This document shows, piece after piece, positions 37,981-51,949 of a stretch of 64,000 nt of DNA; position 1 is the first letter of the stretch, and the number at the start of each line of letters is the position of its first letter. Made by a program: the position numbers and the translations under genes. The stretch comes from Octopus sinensis (Eukaryota). Location of the stretch: positions 34,224,001 to 34,288,000 of the forward strand of contig NC_043004.1 of NCBI RefSeq assembly GCF_006345805.1, written 5' to 3'. The notes beneath the pieces were generated by a model. That model searched no databases, was not told the origin of the DNA, and saw only the letters and a program-made list of their open reading frames with translations.

Positions 37981-38709
37981 TATATATATATATATATATA
38001 TACTTCACAAAGTATACTGAAATGTTTAATATTTAAACTCAATATAATTTTAATTTTCTATTTATTGTCATCATCAATATTACCCCCACCACTACCATCC
38101 CGCCACCATTGCCATCACCATCATCTGTCATAATCGAAAATAATGATTGCAAAACTCCGAATCCTCTCCATTTAAATCACCCACCACACTCACAAGAACT
38201 GACAGCAGTGATGGCCCACATTTCATCTTTAAGTTCCCAGTTATTTCAAACGTTAAATAATGCCCCTTTATACGGTGTGATTTGAGAGATATTTAGCTGC
38301 CATTTTCTGCAGGTTAACTGACTCTGTAGAGCATTTGCCATTTGCTGAGGAACAAGCAAGAGTGTACACAACATGTGAAGTTATGATTACTCTTATTTGA
38401 AGCTGAATGCCAAAATGCTACCTGAGGATAGTTGTTCTGGTTAAGAAATACACAAACCTCATCACATATGCATTAAAACAATTTTAATTGCAATTAAGTT
38501 TGTTTTATAAATGAATAATTAATAACAGTATTGTCTTAAAGAACGTTTAGCTCGTTGTTTCATGCCTATATAATTTGACATTTTAGTCACAAGTTCACCG
38601 GTTCTGTGACCTTCTGATAATAAATGGAGACAATGGAGCAAATGAAGAACATGACAATGATTTCAAGATATAACCATTCCATTGCAGCTACTATTATTTT
38701 CCATTGGCT

Positions 38710-38731
38710 TTAGCTGCTGCTGCTGCTGCAG

Positions 38732-38809
<78 letters not shown>

Positions 38810-39043
38810 CAACAACAGCAATAATAATAATGGTTTCAAATTTTGCCACATGGGCAACAATTTTGGGGGAGGGGATGAGTCAATTACATTGACCCCTAGT
38901 GTTCAACTGGTATTTATTTTATCGACCCTGATAGGCAAAGTTGACCTTGGTGGAACTTGAACTCAGAATGTAACGATGGATGGAACACCACAATGCATTT
39001 CATCCAGCATGCTAACAATTCTACCAGCTTGCTGCCTTACTAT

Positions 39044-39120
<77 letters not shown>

Positions 39121-39301
39121 GTAGTAGTTTCAAATTTTGGCACAATGCCAGCAATTTTTGGAGGGGCAAGCTGATTACATTGACCCCAATATGCAGTTGG
39201 TACTAACTTTATCAACCTTGAAAGGATGAAAGGCATTTGAACTCAGAACATAAAGAGGGACAAGATGTACTAAGCATTTAATAATAATAATAATAATAAT
39301 G

Positions 39302-39338
<37 letters not shown>

Positions 39339-39353
39339 TAACAATACTGTCCT

Positions 39354-39391
<38 letters not shown>

Positions 39392-39420
39392 TTGATGCTG
39401 TTGCTGTTGCTGCTGCTACC
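38710..39420. repeat. Compound trinucleotide arrays (GCT/ACT/AAT/AAC) interleaved with two SINE A copies
   Basis: Direct reading; SINE A at ~38830-39020 and ~39125-39265 (minus). Confidence 0.9.
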
Positions 39421-39525
39421 ACCATATAGTTTCCATTGTGTGCAATGCCACAGTTGTGAGATTTATATTTGCCAACATAACTATCTGACATCCCTGTTCC
39501 GGCAGGTTTCACCTCAACACCTCTA

Positions 39526-39539
39526 GTTTCCATAGCAAC
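39526..39539. promoter_or_regulatory. RFX X-box-like motif GTTTCCATAGCAAC
   Basis: Fits the GTHNYY-AT-RRNAAC consensus; lies in non-repeat sequence; function unknown. Confidence 0.35.
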
Positions 39540-39711
39540 GGCTCAGGAGCTAAAATATACAGCAACAGTAAGAGAGAACAACATCCTTGAAGGACTGGAC
39601 ATATAATCTGAAATAGTTCTAATAAACCATTTAGATCACAGAGCAGAGATTGATTGATATTGAAGAGATCCAATCACTAAAACCAATACAAAAACTGGTT
39701 GTATTGGTCAC

Positions 39712-40640
39712 CATCATCATCATCATCATCATGTATTGTGTGACAAGAGTGCACTGATGACACGATAATGAAAGTCATCCTGATTAAGTCTAAATTCTTC
39801 AGCTTCCTTGCCAACTCTTGGCCAACCACTTTCTGATATTGTCCATCCATTGTGGTCTTTGTTTGCCTCTTGATCAAATGCCATCTACTCATATGTCTTT
39901 GATAATGTCTTCCAGACCTTTGCTTCTTTGAACATGGCCATAATAGATGAGCTTTTGTTTTTTCACAACGTACCGGTGTTGTCTTCCATCTGCTTGTTGT
40001 AACACCTCTTTCTTTGTCTGATTACCTTTACACACCCTCATTTCTAATGCAATGATTATATATTTCTTTATTGGCCACAAGGGGCTAAACATAGAGGGGA
40101 CAAACAAAGACAGACAAAGGGATTAAGTCAACTACATCGACCCCAGTACGCAACTGGTACATTATTTATCAACCCCGAAAGGATGAAAGGCAAAGTCGAC
40201 CTTGGCGGTGTTTGAACCCAGAACGTAATGACAGATGAAATACTGCTGAGCATTTCGCCCGGCGTGCTAACGATTCTGCAAGCTCGCCATTTACTTAAAA
40301 CTTGTTCAGAGTCCATGCTTCACCACCATAAATGCCTACTGGCCAAATGAGTACTTTTGCTGGGCCACATGTTATTAAGCTTTTCCACGGACATTCTTGC
40401 CATGGCTAGCCATGTCCATATTGCTAACAATCACTTTAAAAAAATGATTGTTCATACAATTAAAAGCTTCTGGTTGGTTCGATGTAATCAGAGATTTACC
40501 AAAGTTAGGTTTATCAACCACTTTCTCTAATGTAGAATTTGTCAAACATAAATCTGCCAGGAATTGCACAGGTTTGTGTAGTTTTGGCCCTTCAACATTT
40601 GAGCAAACCACAGCCGAAACCCCCAACACATCTGCCAGCA
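39712..40640 (-). mobile_element. RTE LINE RT C-terminal region interrupted by SINE A (40062-40290)
   Basis: TLEKVVDK..GKSLITSN, LIWPVGIYGGEAWTLNK, KQKLIYYGHVQR..QWMDNIRKW, (GAT)n tail on minus strand. Confidence 0.75.
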
Positions 40641-41489
40641 ACCAAATAACACATAATCATTATGGCTCATTGATTACTTAATTTTGATATGCTATTACGT
40701 TACATTTTTGCAACTTTGACTTACTAGATGGCCTTCACTGCTTCATGTCTAAGATCCAGTATGCCTTAGTTCTGACAAAGCAGCCAATATATTCATCTTA
40801 AAAGAAGTGTTATGCCCCAATTTTGCTGCCAGAACATCAGGTGTGATAGCTTTTACTAATTGCCTTTTCTAATCTGTAGATTAGTTCCCCTTCTAGTCTT
40901 TTGCTTTTTTTTGTTTTCTAACTCCATTTCTCTGCTATATCCTATCAATTCTACAACAGTGGGTTCCTTCTTCCAAAAGACTCACCACCAGTAAATGTTG
41001 GTCTCCTTCCTCTCATCATCAACATTTACCAAGAAGTCTATCATTTCAAGGTTACAGTGAATATAAAGATTGAATTACTGGGATAAAAGTTTGGACATTT
41101 TCAGTCCAACCACTCAAGCTGGGGGTAAAGTGTCGAGTGGTTATCAATAAATACAGAAAATTGACTAATTTTGGCAGGAATCATAGAAAACGCAGAAAGA
41201 ATTATGGTCAGAGTGCTGAAGAAAATTAGAGATAAGAGAGAGTTCTTGTGTGATGATACAGCTGTGTGGTGAGAATCGTGGGAACAAAGGTCACATGATT
41301 AGTGATAACGAAGAGAGTAAGATGGAGAAATAATACATGAAAGGGGTGGAAGAGGAGAAGGAGGTGGAAGAAGAAGAAGAAAGAGGGGAAAAAAGAGAAA
41401 GGAGGAGGTCGGTAAGGATGATAGCGACAATGAACAGGTAGAGAAGGAGGGGAAGGAGGAAGGGGAGGGTAATGATAATAACAATAACA

Positions 41490-41519
41490 ACAATAAAATA
41501 ATAAAAATGATGATGATGG

Positions 41520-41556
<37 letters not shown>

Positions 41557-41660
41557 AGTAATAATAATAATAATAATAATAATTATAATAATAAAAATAA
41601 TAATAATAATATTTAGAAGAAGAAGAAGAAGAAGAAGAAGAAGAAGAAGAAGAAGAAATG
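41490..41660. repeat. (GAT)n(AAT)n(GAA)n compound array
   Basis: Direct reading. Confidence 0.95.
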
Positions 41661-42211
41661 TAAGAAAGCAAGGCTAACCAAGCATGTTCTATTTGAAGGA
41701 GTGAACAGAGACTTAAAAGAGAGGAGCCTGTGTTGATTCTGCCCATGTAGGTATTTGAGAGAAATTGTTACCTTATTGATTGTCTTGGCTGTTGTTACCT
41801 TAATATATTTGCTTCTTAAGCTTGATGTCAGAAAACTAAGTTTATTCCAAGCTGGTAATTATTCTCCCTTGTTACTCTGTTTTATCTGATTACAGCAGCT
41901 GTTGAAAAGTATCTGACTTTCTCTGGATAATCACTTCAAAGAAAGGTTCTAATCTTCGAGAAAGAGAGAGAGAAGAAAAAAGAAATATGAATAAATAATT
42001 AAATAAATAATTAGAAATGCAGGAATGAAAAAAAAAAAAAAAGCAAAGACAAAACTGGAAATGCACAGTTGTATATAAAAAGTGTATTTCAAGTCATGTG
42101 GATGTGACAAGAATGATTAAGATGAGCATTGTATTGATCACAATGCAAATTGTGTGTGGGAGTATATGCACTCTATATATAAACATCTTCTGAGATATAT
42201 ATATATATATA

Positions 42212-42886
42212 CTAGCAGTATCGCCCGGCGTTGCTCGGGTTTGTAAGGGAAATAACTATATAGGCATTTTTAGAGAGTTATAGCAAAAAAATTAGCAAAA
42301 AAATGGAATAAAAATGGAATAAAAAATTATGGTAATTTTTTTTTTAATCGTTGACTCATCGTAGACATTTTTTGAGAGTTACTTCCCTTATATAATAGCG
42401 AAAAAATGCATTAAAATGGAAAAAATGATGATAAAATTTTTTTTAAATCGTAGACTCATCGTAGACGCTCTCATAGCCATTTCTGTTTTGGTGTCTTCAA
42501 GCCATGAAGTCGTTGTTCTAAAAGAACGCTGGTCTCCTTGACAACGCTTTACGACGTTGATTTCCTTACACTCCCTTCCCCACAGCTTCACGAGGGAGGG
42601 AAGAAGGGGAAAAAGCAAACAGGTGCAGGTGTGACCATGGACGCCAACTCCGCCGCCATCGACACACGAAAAATTATGCATTAAAATGGAATAAAAAATG
42701 ATGTTACATTATTTTTTAAATCATAGACTCATCATAGATGCGCGCTAATACTCAGACAGGCTCGATATGAATCACGACTATAAGATACCCGAATTTGGTT
42801 AAACTGCACCGCAAAATGTGGGAGTAGTTAGGAATCTAAATCGAAGGGGACAGACACTCACACAACTACAGTTTTATATATATAGA
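42212..42886 (-). mobile_element. Complete non-autonomous Helitron (675 bp)
   Basis: Minus strand A|TC..CCCGagcaacgcCGGG hairpin..CTAG|T, no TSD; three internal ~60-70 bp units ending gactcatcgtagac. Confidence 0.9.
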
Positions 42887-43158
42887 TATATATATATAAA
42901 TACACATGAATATATATGTAAATATATGTGTGTGTGTATGTATATATAAACATGCTTTATATACATATTTGTTCATATATATTTCTTTATTGCCCACAAG
43001 GGGCTGAACATAGAGGGGACAAACAAGGACAGACAAAGGGATTAAGTCGATTACATCAACCCCAGTGCGAAACTGGTACTTTATTTATCGACCCCGAAAG
43101 GATGAAAAGCAAAGTCGATGCATGTGTGTGTACGTATATATATAAGTATATATATGTA

Positions 43159-43208
<50 letters not shown>

Positions 43209-43239
43209 TGTATATATATGTATATATATGTATACAAAG

Positions 43240-43288
<49 letters not shown>

Positions 43289-43494
43289 ACAAAAGAAGCA
43301 TAACTCAATTCTATAAAATAAAATGTTTAATTAAATTGGTCAGCTGATACCGAAAATGGACGATCATTTAGTTTCCCCAACTTGAAAAAAATTCAGGCAT
43401 CTTGTTTTGGCTGTGACCTGATAAACTCTATGATATTTCATAAAAGGGAATTGCAAGCAGCCATCAATGTTGGCTTCAGTTGACCAAATCATTT

Positions 43495-43745
43495 ATGCAT
43501 GGCACGTAAAAAGCACCATCCGATTGTGGCTGTTTGCCAGCCTCGTCTGGAACCTGTGCAGGTGGCACGTAAAAAGCTCCTACTACACTCATGGAGTGGT
43601 TGGCGTTAGGAAGAGCATCCAGCTGTAGAAACACTGCCAAATCAGACTAGAGCCTGGTGCAGCCTCTATGGCTTACCAGACCCCGGTCGAACCGTCCAAC
43701 CCATGCTAGCTTGGAAAACGGACATTAAACGATGATGATGATATA
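43495..43745 (+). mobile_element. RTE LINE 3' UTR copy
   Basis: Two internal units and (GAT)n tail. Confidence 0.8.
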
Positions 43746-44118
43746 TATATCAGGGATGTGCTACCTATGTAACAAAGGTAGGCAGTGCCTACCTTGAATA
43801 AAATAGATCGATAGCAACATTTTCCTTTTATGGCAAAATATGCACCTAATTCAATAACATTATGAACATTGGTCTGATTACTATGCATAAAATACAAAAT
43901 ATTTAAATGTAGATTAAGTAGGCATAATTCGACTCAGTATTAAAGTTACACATAGTATTGCTTTAGTACATGTGCTGTGTACACTCCTACAACACCGTTT
44001 TCTTTATGTGCTATAAAGGCAGAAGTAACTCGGCCTTCAACTCAGTTGCATGCCTGAGTTTTGTTTATTTTTTGTGTGTTTCATGACATAAAGGTCACCA
44101 ACAGGCCTGATATATATA

Positions 44119-44198
<80 letters not shown>

Positions 44199-44250
44199 CA
44201 TATATACATATATATATATCTATATATATATATATGTATGTGTGTATATA

Positions 44251-44401
44251 TATTAATAGTAATGGTAAGACAACAAAAGAATGAAAGAGACCTCGATATT
44301 ATGTAAATAGGAATTTATCTTTAATATAATATGTGACAATTATTCGGTTGCCATAAGACTCCGAATTTCAAATGTTGTGGAGGAAACACATATTATATTA
44401 C
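44251..44401. mobile_element. Penelope-like terminus fragment (same family as 37704)
   Basis: Sequence match; short inverted ends aatataatatgtg/cacatattatatt. Confidence 0.65.
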
Positions 44402-44546
44402 ATATATATATATATTTATATATGCTTTTCTAAAATTGAGGCAAGTACCCACACTTCTAATGCTTGAACAATTGTGAAGATTTCTTTTACATGAAATTAT
44501 TGATAGCCATGTTAATCCAGACACACACAAACAACTATCTATCTAT

Positions 44547-44582
<36 letters not shown>

Positions 44583-44873
44583 GATGATGATGATGATGAT
44601 GATGATATGACACACTTCCACAGTTACTTAAAATTAATTCACTCACCAGACATTGGTTATCCTGGGTAGAAGCCACTTATCCCATTGAGAGTGAACCTAT
44701 ATATGTGTGGTGTTTGTGCATTATCTAAGAGACAGACAGACAGGTACGTAACTAGATAGATATGGCTTCATACACAAACACAGACACACATGTGCACACA
44801 AACACACATCTCAAGACAAAAGACTAGAAACATTTGCTATATTTTTAATTCCATGTCACACACATTTCATTAG

Positions 44874-44899
44874 ACTAAAGGAGTTTCAAAGATATACAG
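44874..44899 (+). other. Candidate 26-nt micro-exon
   Basis: ..cacatttcattag|actaaaggagtttcaaagatatacag|GTATGA. Confidence 0.2.
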
Positions 44900-45699
44900 G
44901 TATGAGAAAATATATAGAATCTCCTCTCTGTAATTCTGCAGACTACGATTCAAAGTGCCATTTACCTGTAATTGTGAGCAGTTCTAGTGACCTATCATGT
45001 TGTTATTATAAAGGATAAAAACCAGTTGCTACAAGAAGCCTATTCCTCCATGAATAGCTGGTCCTTGATGGAGTGTAGTGAATTTATCAGAGGTCCACAG
45101 GAAAATTAGTAAAATGAGTTATTTGCATTCCCTTGAGGGAAGCAAATACACACGATGTTTTCTTCCCGAACAGCTGGTTACTTCCTCTCTGGGCAAACAC
45201 ATTGACATCAATATCAAAGATTGTAAATGTTAATGTGGATATAATTTGTGAGATTTAAAACTTTAATTTTATTGAATATTAATTACTGCATTAATTAATT
45301 TAAATAACCATTCATTAATGTAGCAATGATGAGTAGAAAATTGATTTTAAATTGCTGTCATCACCACTTTATTTTAAAATTAAATTTTGAATAAGAAAAT
45401 GAAGAGTGCTGCTTGTCCAAGACTGCAAAGGGTACCTGATTTTGTAATGTAGTTGAAGTACTCGGATAAATATGTTAAATTTGGATTTAGTTGTCATGAA
45501 AAGTATGTTATGGATTAACCAGTATCTTTTATGCTTTATAAGTTTGGCTAAAGTTGCAACGAAGCTATGAAATGAAAATTTCCTTTAGATAAAAAAAATG
45601 AATATTCTAAACTTAGTTCATTTGATATAAAGTTCGTATCAATTGTCTGTTATCAAGTTTCAAATGATATCTTTTTGAAACTACCAGAACTTTTTTTAC

Positions 45700-46530
45700 A
45701 GAAATGTCCACCAATGCAGTGAAAACTTCAAAGGTTGTTACATACAACAAAGAGCTCAGGTCAAGAGATTGCCTCACGCTATTGGTGAGCAATTTAATGG
45801 ACCATATGCTAAACAGATTTCACAAACTGTTCTTGATTATGTCACAGATAAATTGAATGATATCTCTCTTTCCAATTACAGGAAGGTGAGTGAGTTATCA
45901 AAGAACATCAGCAATCAAGTAATTAACGTAATTAATGAAGCCAAAGGTTTTCTTATTCTGACCACAGCCAACTTTGTTGATGCCATGGAAACTGTTGCTG
46001 AGTTTCTCAATGCCAATAGTCTACATTGGGAAAATCTTGTGAGTGTTTCTTTTGATGGTATACCAGTCAAGCTGGATTCAAATTGAAGCATCAAAGATTG
46101 ATGAAAGTACCTCCAAGAACATATCTACATTCCTGCGTAAATAGGGAACTAATGGCAGGTGAGACATTACCTTGTACTTTCGATTCTGTGTTTAAAAGAA
46201 CATTAACTTAGCTAATTATGTTAAATCTTCAGCTCTAAATGCAAAGTTCTTCAAATTTTCTTTTAGGATATGGGGTCATGGCATTCTGCTAAAAATGTTT
46301 AAATGAGTGTTTTTAAGTTGGAGCTAAATATGTTCTTGCAGACTCAGGAAAAACAAGAATTCTACTACATTTACTGGAGTATGTTTATATCTTGTTTGAA
46401 TATTTAAAGAATTTAATGTGTTGACCATTTCTTTACATGAAGAAAATGGAAATCTTATAACACAAAAATCAAGTTATTCCTTCAGAAACTAAATCTCTAA
46501 ATGAAAATGGTACGAGAAGGTACCAATTTC
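45700..46530 (+). pseudogene. hAT (Buster/Charlie-type) transposase remnant
   Basis: PHAIGEQ..AKQISQTVL..KLNDISLSN..W ENLVSVSFDG resembles PHTIGE.LI.P..K.IPLSN..TDGA; broken downstream. Confidence 0.8.
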
Positions 46531-46644
46531 GATACTGTAGATTCATTATTGAACAACTACAAAATATCCAGAAATAAATTTTTTGGCATTTAGAAAAGTT
46601 CAAGAAAAAATACCAGCACTATTTTTCAAGGACAATCCAAGAGA

Positions 46645-47370
46645 AAGCTGATGATATTGCCCTCACAACTCATTGATGAAGCACAGAATTTATTAATGCT
46701 CCCTGAGAATACTGCAGACACCAACAGTTTGTTTCTCAATGCAAAGAAGACTGATCACATGACCATCACCAAGGATGAAACCACCCCTCTAATTTGTTCC
46801 AATAATGGCATACAATTCACGGTGGTCAGTACCTTAAAGTACCTATGTCCTGCACTCTTGAGAGTCAGAAAAAAAAACTTCTTTATATCCAAGAGAGTAT
46901 CCATAGTGCTTATAACAAACTTCAAAACATCTGATAATCAAATATTTCCAACTAAAGATTGTTTGCCAACATAACATGGCAGTCCTGGTTTAGGACGAAT
47001 GTTGCTGTAATTTATCCCCCAGGAGACACCATCTCCAGCCAGCTACATGACATGGTCTGTGTCCTTTTACTTTTGAACAAGGGAATCTAGTACCATATGT
47101 TCGAAAGTATAAGGACGCAGATCGTGTCGTGTAGCTGGCTGGAGACGGTGCCTCTGGGGGCTAAATTACAGCAACATTCGTCCTTGACCAGGACTGCCAT
47201 GTTATGTTGGCAAACAATCTTTACTACAAAGTACTGTTGCTGAATATCTCCCGTTGTGAGATTTTAAAATAGTAATTTTCTAAATATTTCCAAGTCAACA
47301 AAATTGGTTTTCTTCAGGGTGTCTACTGAAAATATTCTTCTCTATGGCCACTTGAGCTGGGAAAAAGAAA
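46645..47370 (+). mobile_element. RTE LINE RT fragment interrupted by palindromic element P
   Basis: ADDIALTT..EAQNLL..LFLNAKKT..LKYL before and SKSTKLVFFRV..ILLYG after the insertion. Confidence 0.8.
46952..47281. mobile_element. Palindromic element family P, internally deleted, 12-bp flanking direct repeat
   Basis: Arms meet near 47095; aaatatttccaa at 46940-46951 and 47282-47293. Confidence 0.9.
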
Positions 47371-48039
47371 CTTCAATATTACCTTCATGGTACATATGCC
47401 ATACTTCTCATAAGGTCTTAAAAACATCCCAAGCTATAAAGACAAGCCCATAATATGAGATTTATGGACACATCCCACTTATCTCTGCTATTGTTGCTCA
47501 AAAACGAGGAGGCTTTTCTTGTCACTACTATTGTGTAGAACAATAGGCCAAAGCAGATGTTATATTTTGAAGATTTCCACAAACGGTGGTGCATCAACAT
47601 GGCCACAGCTCTGAGCTGAAACTAGAGAGAAAAAAAAACCCTGAGAGACAACAAAGTCCACTCAACTAAATTGATGAAATTGTCTGAGACAGACAACATG
47701 AAATTGAGGACATACCATAGTTAATAAGTGACAGAGATTCCTAGAGCACAATGGGGAAACACATCTTAGTTTTTGCTTCTTGAGGAAGGAGAGGGATTTG
47801 TTCCAAGATGTTGAAGTTTCAACTCTAGATCCATTTATTGAAGAGTTGTTATTTCCACTCACTTTCAAGGTCATCATGTACTCAGAAACTATATTTTCTT
47901 AATATTGTCTTCGTACGGTATTTTTGCTTGTATAATTGGTACCTTTTTGAAATATTTGCCATTAGTTGCATATAATATTGTGTTGCTTTAGTTGCTATTT
48001 GTTTGTAGCTTTGACTTGTTTTATGGTAAGCAGTTAATC

Positions 48040-48900
48040 TTATTGCTTCAAGCAATCAAAGTGCTAATGCTTTTCACACAGCTATAGTTATCTTTTATGT
48101 TGATACTGTTGACCACTTTATAGTCCTTCTGCTTGATTTTTCTGACTAATGCTGAGAAATAACTAGCTATATTAGACACAACATTCATGCTAAACAACAA
48201 TTCAACAACGTAATTTATTTTGTTTGGCTTCACCGTTCTGTGGATTTGGTTCTTGTCTACTCTCCAGTTTCTATTTATATCTGTTTTTCATCATTGCATC
48301 ACAGTATCACTGAATCACTGTGCAATGTAATTAAATAGCTTTTGCTATAAGATTTACTGCATATTTCCCTACCAATATTTCTAACTAAATTTTGCATAAC
48401 TGTACGTAGATAATTAACATTTCTCTTAATAGAAATTCTTCATTTTGTTTTCTACAAAGAGAATACTCATATCTAATTAGGTTTAATTTGATATCTAAAG
48501 AGTCACATGTCTTTAGTTAACTCTAACAACGAACTGTAGGTGAATTTCTAATAACTTTCTATTAGATTATTTCTAAACCTGCCATAGCTGTAGTCATCAT
48601 TCTTTTTAAGAAGACAAGTTTACTCTCTAACTGTGTTATACAGTAAAAACTGCATCATCTTCCTTCTGCATTCTTTTTGGAAACCCCATTGTACAAAAGC
48701 TCCCTAGAACTTGTAACATTCCATTTCCAAGTAAGGAATACATCATGTTCTGTTAATGTACAGAAGACAGTTCAAACTATAAATTCAGAGTTGTATTATC
48801 AATACTATCCTCATTCAGGGTTCCAATGTTATTAAAAATGTGGCACGGTATTTTGGAGGACCCCTTCTAGGAGTATACGTATTGTATGTACCTGCTTTTG
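48040..48900 (-). mobile_element. Highly degenerate LINE apurinic endonuclease region
   Basis: Scattered motif-like peptides NNIGTLNE, ELLYNGV, PNKINYVV, DYKVV in expected order. Confidence 0.3.
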
Positions 48901-50483
48901 AATGAATTTGTTGTGAAGTTCTTGTATATTTTTCTCAATGTCCTTCCTTATGAAAGATCTTCTGTTATGGACGACTGATGAGGATTTCGTATTTTCTTGC
49001 TGAGTAACCTGACCAGATGATTTGTTTATCATAATCAAACGTTTGTGCTGCACGTTAGGCCACTCTCTCTCATTAAATCAACATTTCCAACACATATGAA
49101 TGGTGTGCCACCTATCAAATATTAAACTGATTGCAGAGCAACGTGAGGTGAAATGAAGTGTGTTACGCAAGAACACAACACACTATCTGGTCTGAGAATT
49201 GAAAGCACGATCTTGTAATCATGAATGCAATGTCCCAACCACTCTGCTACATGTGTTTACATTCCTGTGTAATTTTTAGCCAGATACACATGTGGTATAG
49301 CAAATCATTTGCATAGCAACATTGACAATGTAACTACAATAAATCTGTTTCTTATTCTTACTGAATATTAAGAATGCCTAATGATATTAATGGTTAGTAG
49401 AGGTATTTTCTGATTGCACTTAGTCGTCTCTGGTTATATTCAATTCCAAATTCATATTTAAATTTGTTGTTCTACGAATATACACTAGTATATATTATAA
49501 GTTTTTCAAACTAAATTTTTGCTTCTTACAATCATTGTTGTATTAGATGGCCACACAAATAAATTTTGACAGAAAATATTATGTTCCATATTATTTTATT
49601 TATGTTATAAACAGAATTATTATGATAAAGGTTGGATGATTAGAATTCTTGGCATTATTTAGAAGTTTAGCTTAATAAAAGTATAGTATTTGTGACTATT
49701 TAGTTTTAAAATAATACATATAAACTTATGAAATACAAATTAATTCTTACAATAAATTTAAAGTTAATTTTCTTGGAGCCATCTATAAACATTCTTTCCA
49801 AATTTGTCTTCAGCTGAGATGATTGTCAAACCATAATCTCAATATACATCTAAAAAGCTATATTTGTTAATGATGCACTAACTTAAGATCTCCTATGCCT
49901 TAATTTCAGTGGAGCTAGAAATTTCTAAACAATGATTAAACAAAGCATTCATAGTTTTTTTGGTTTTTTTTTTCGAAATTTCTTAGATGAAAAATTATCA
50001 TTATTATTCAGACTAACATTCTTATCTTAGTTGCTATAGTTACAACATTTCAGTTGTTTTACCTGCTAAGCATCTTTGGGTAGCTCTTTTATGAAACAAC
50101 TTCCTCGAGGTGCCTGTTATGCCTTCCAACCATTTTCAGATACCTGTTATATTTTGCAATGTTTTCAGAATTTATAATTCAACCCTTACTCTAATCCATG
50201 GCAGAAGATTCTTTACCTTCCATTGTCCATCTCAAGGATATCTTCAATTAGTTTTTTGTGATGCCATTTGCTCATTCCAATCAAACAAGATTGTTGCACC
50301 CTTTCCCAAAGATTGAACCCTCCACCTAAACCATTACATTCAACACTCACTTCCTACATACGCCAACACTTAAAGCTTATATACACTCTCTTATTGTTTG
50401 ACTTTGCTTTCTTGGATCATATTCTACATCTTAAACTTAATTTCATTCCTTACATTTAAAAATTAGTTGAATTCTTGAATTAT

Positions 50484-51032
50484 AGGCACTGATGTGGCTG
50501 TGTGGTAAGAAGTTTGCATCCCAACCAATTGGTTCCGAGTTCAGTCCCATTTCTTGACACCTTGCACAGGTGTCTTTTACTATAGCCTCAGGCTGACCAA
50601 AGCCTTGTGAGTGGATTTACTCTTTTACTCTTTTACTTGTTTCAGTCATTTGACTGCGGCCATGCTGGAGCACCGCCTTTAGTCGAGCAAATCGACCCCG
50701 GGACTTATTCTTTGTAAGCCCAGTACTTATTCTATCGGTCTCTTTTTGCCGAACTGCTAAGTTACGGGAACATAAACACACCAGCATTGGTTGTCAAGCA
50801 ATGCTAGGGGGACAAACACAGACACACAAACACATACACACACATATATATATATATATACATATATACGACAGGCTTCTTTCAGTTTCCGTCTACCAAA
50901 TCCACTCACAAGGCATTGGTCGGCCCGGGGCTATAGCAGAAGACGCTTGCCCAAGATGCCACGCAGAGGGACTGAACCCGGAACCATGTGGTTGGTTAGC
51001 AAGCTACTTACCACACAGCCACTCCTGCGCCT
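50484..51032. mobile_element. SINE B head (+, 50484-50617) abutting a full SINE B (-, 50619-51032)
   Basis: Direct family matches. Confidence 0.9.
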
Positions 51033-51574
51033 ATATTTGGTAAAAAAACCCAAAAAAACTGGAAGAAGTTGCAGGTTTTAAAACAATAAATAGTGGGTTT
51101 GATTCATTCAACTAAAAATTCTTCAAGTTCGTGCTCCAGCATGGCCACAATGGAATGACTAAAACAAGTAAAAGATAAAAGAAATGTTTTATATATTTTC
51201 ATTTTGTAAATAAGAACAAACTTTGACTAACATTTTTGAATTTAATGCATCTAAACTTAGTGCAATACAAAAAAAAAACAACAAAAATAATACAAAAAGA
51301 AAGCCACAGAAACTCTAAACAATTTTAATTACTTGATTCTATTAAGACATGGAATATTTTTAAATGCTAATAGTGTCAATACAAATAGTTTTTGTAAATA
51401 ACGAATTTAATCATGCATTCACATTTTAAAATCATGTCACAAATTATAATCGACCATATTTCTGCTAGGATTGTTTGCATTACTGCTTCTTGTATATACT
51501 TTCTGCTACTGAATTCTTGTGTAAGAGTATATATATATATGTGTGTGTGTGTGTGTGCGCGTGTGCATGTGTGT

Positions 51575-51888
51575 CTGGAGGTGCAATGGCCCAATGATTA
51601 GGGCAGCGGACTTTCAGTCGTAGGATCAAGGTTTTCGATTCCCAGAGCGGGTGTTGCGAGTGTTTATTGAGCGTAAAACAACTAAAGCTCCACGAGGCTC
51701 CGGCAGGGTGTGGTGGCGATCTCTGCTATACTCTTTCGCCACAACTTTCTCTCACTCTTTCTTCTGTTGGCCTGCTCACTTAGCCAGCAGGGTGGCATCA
51801 TTTTAAGGCAAAAACAATGCGAAGCGCATTGTGACCAACGATGTGTAGCAACATCTGATAGCCTGGTCAGTCATGGTGATCACAGTGA
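51575..51888 (+). mobile_element. tRNA-derived SINE, fourth family
   Basis: A box tggcccaatgatt, B box ggttttcgattccc, unrelated body, ends in (TA)n. Confidence 0.7.
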
Positions 51889-51898
51889 GATATATATA

Positions 51899-51949
<51 letters not shown>

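Noticed and set aside
39453-39481. Two short words (11 and 14 nt) matching family P arms in rearranged order
   Set aside because: Too short to separate a footprint from chance
40375-40681. Overlapping 88-aa and 77-aa ORFs as host exons
   Set aside because: Minus frame aligns with RTE RT motifs and continues into the RTE relic
43751-44109. Possible hAT MITE with a 10-bp palindrome at 43775-43795
   Set aside because: TIR match weak and the apparent TSD is just a TA run
50030-50330. Possible further Penelope relic on minus strand (FDWNE.. and decayed hammerhead)
   Set aside because: Too many core mismatches to support
51575-51650. tRNA-like sequences at SINE heads
   Set aside because: A/B boxes present but no complete cloverleaf; fused to SINE bodies
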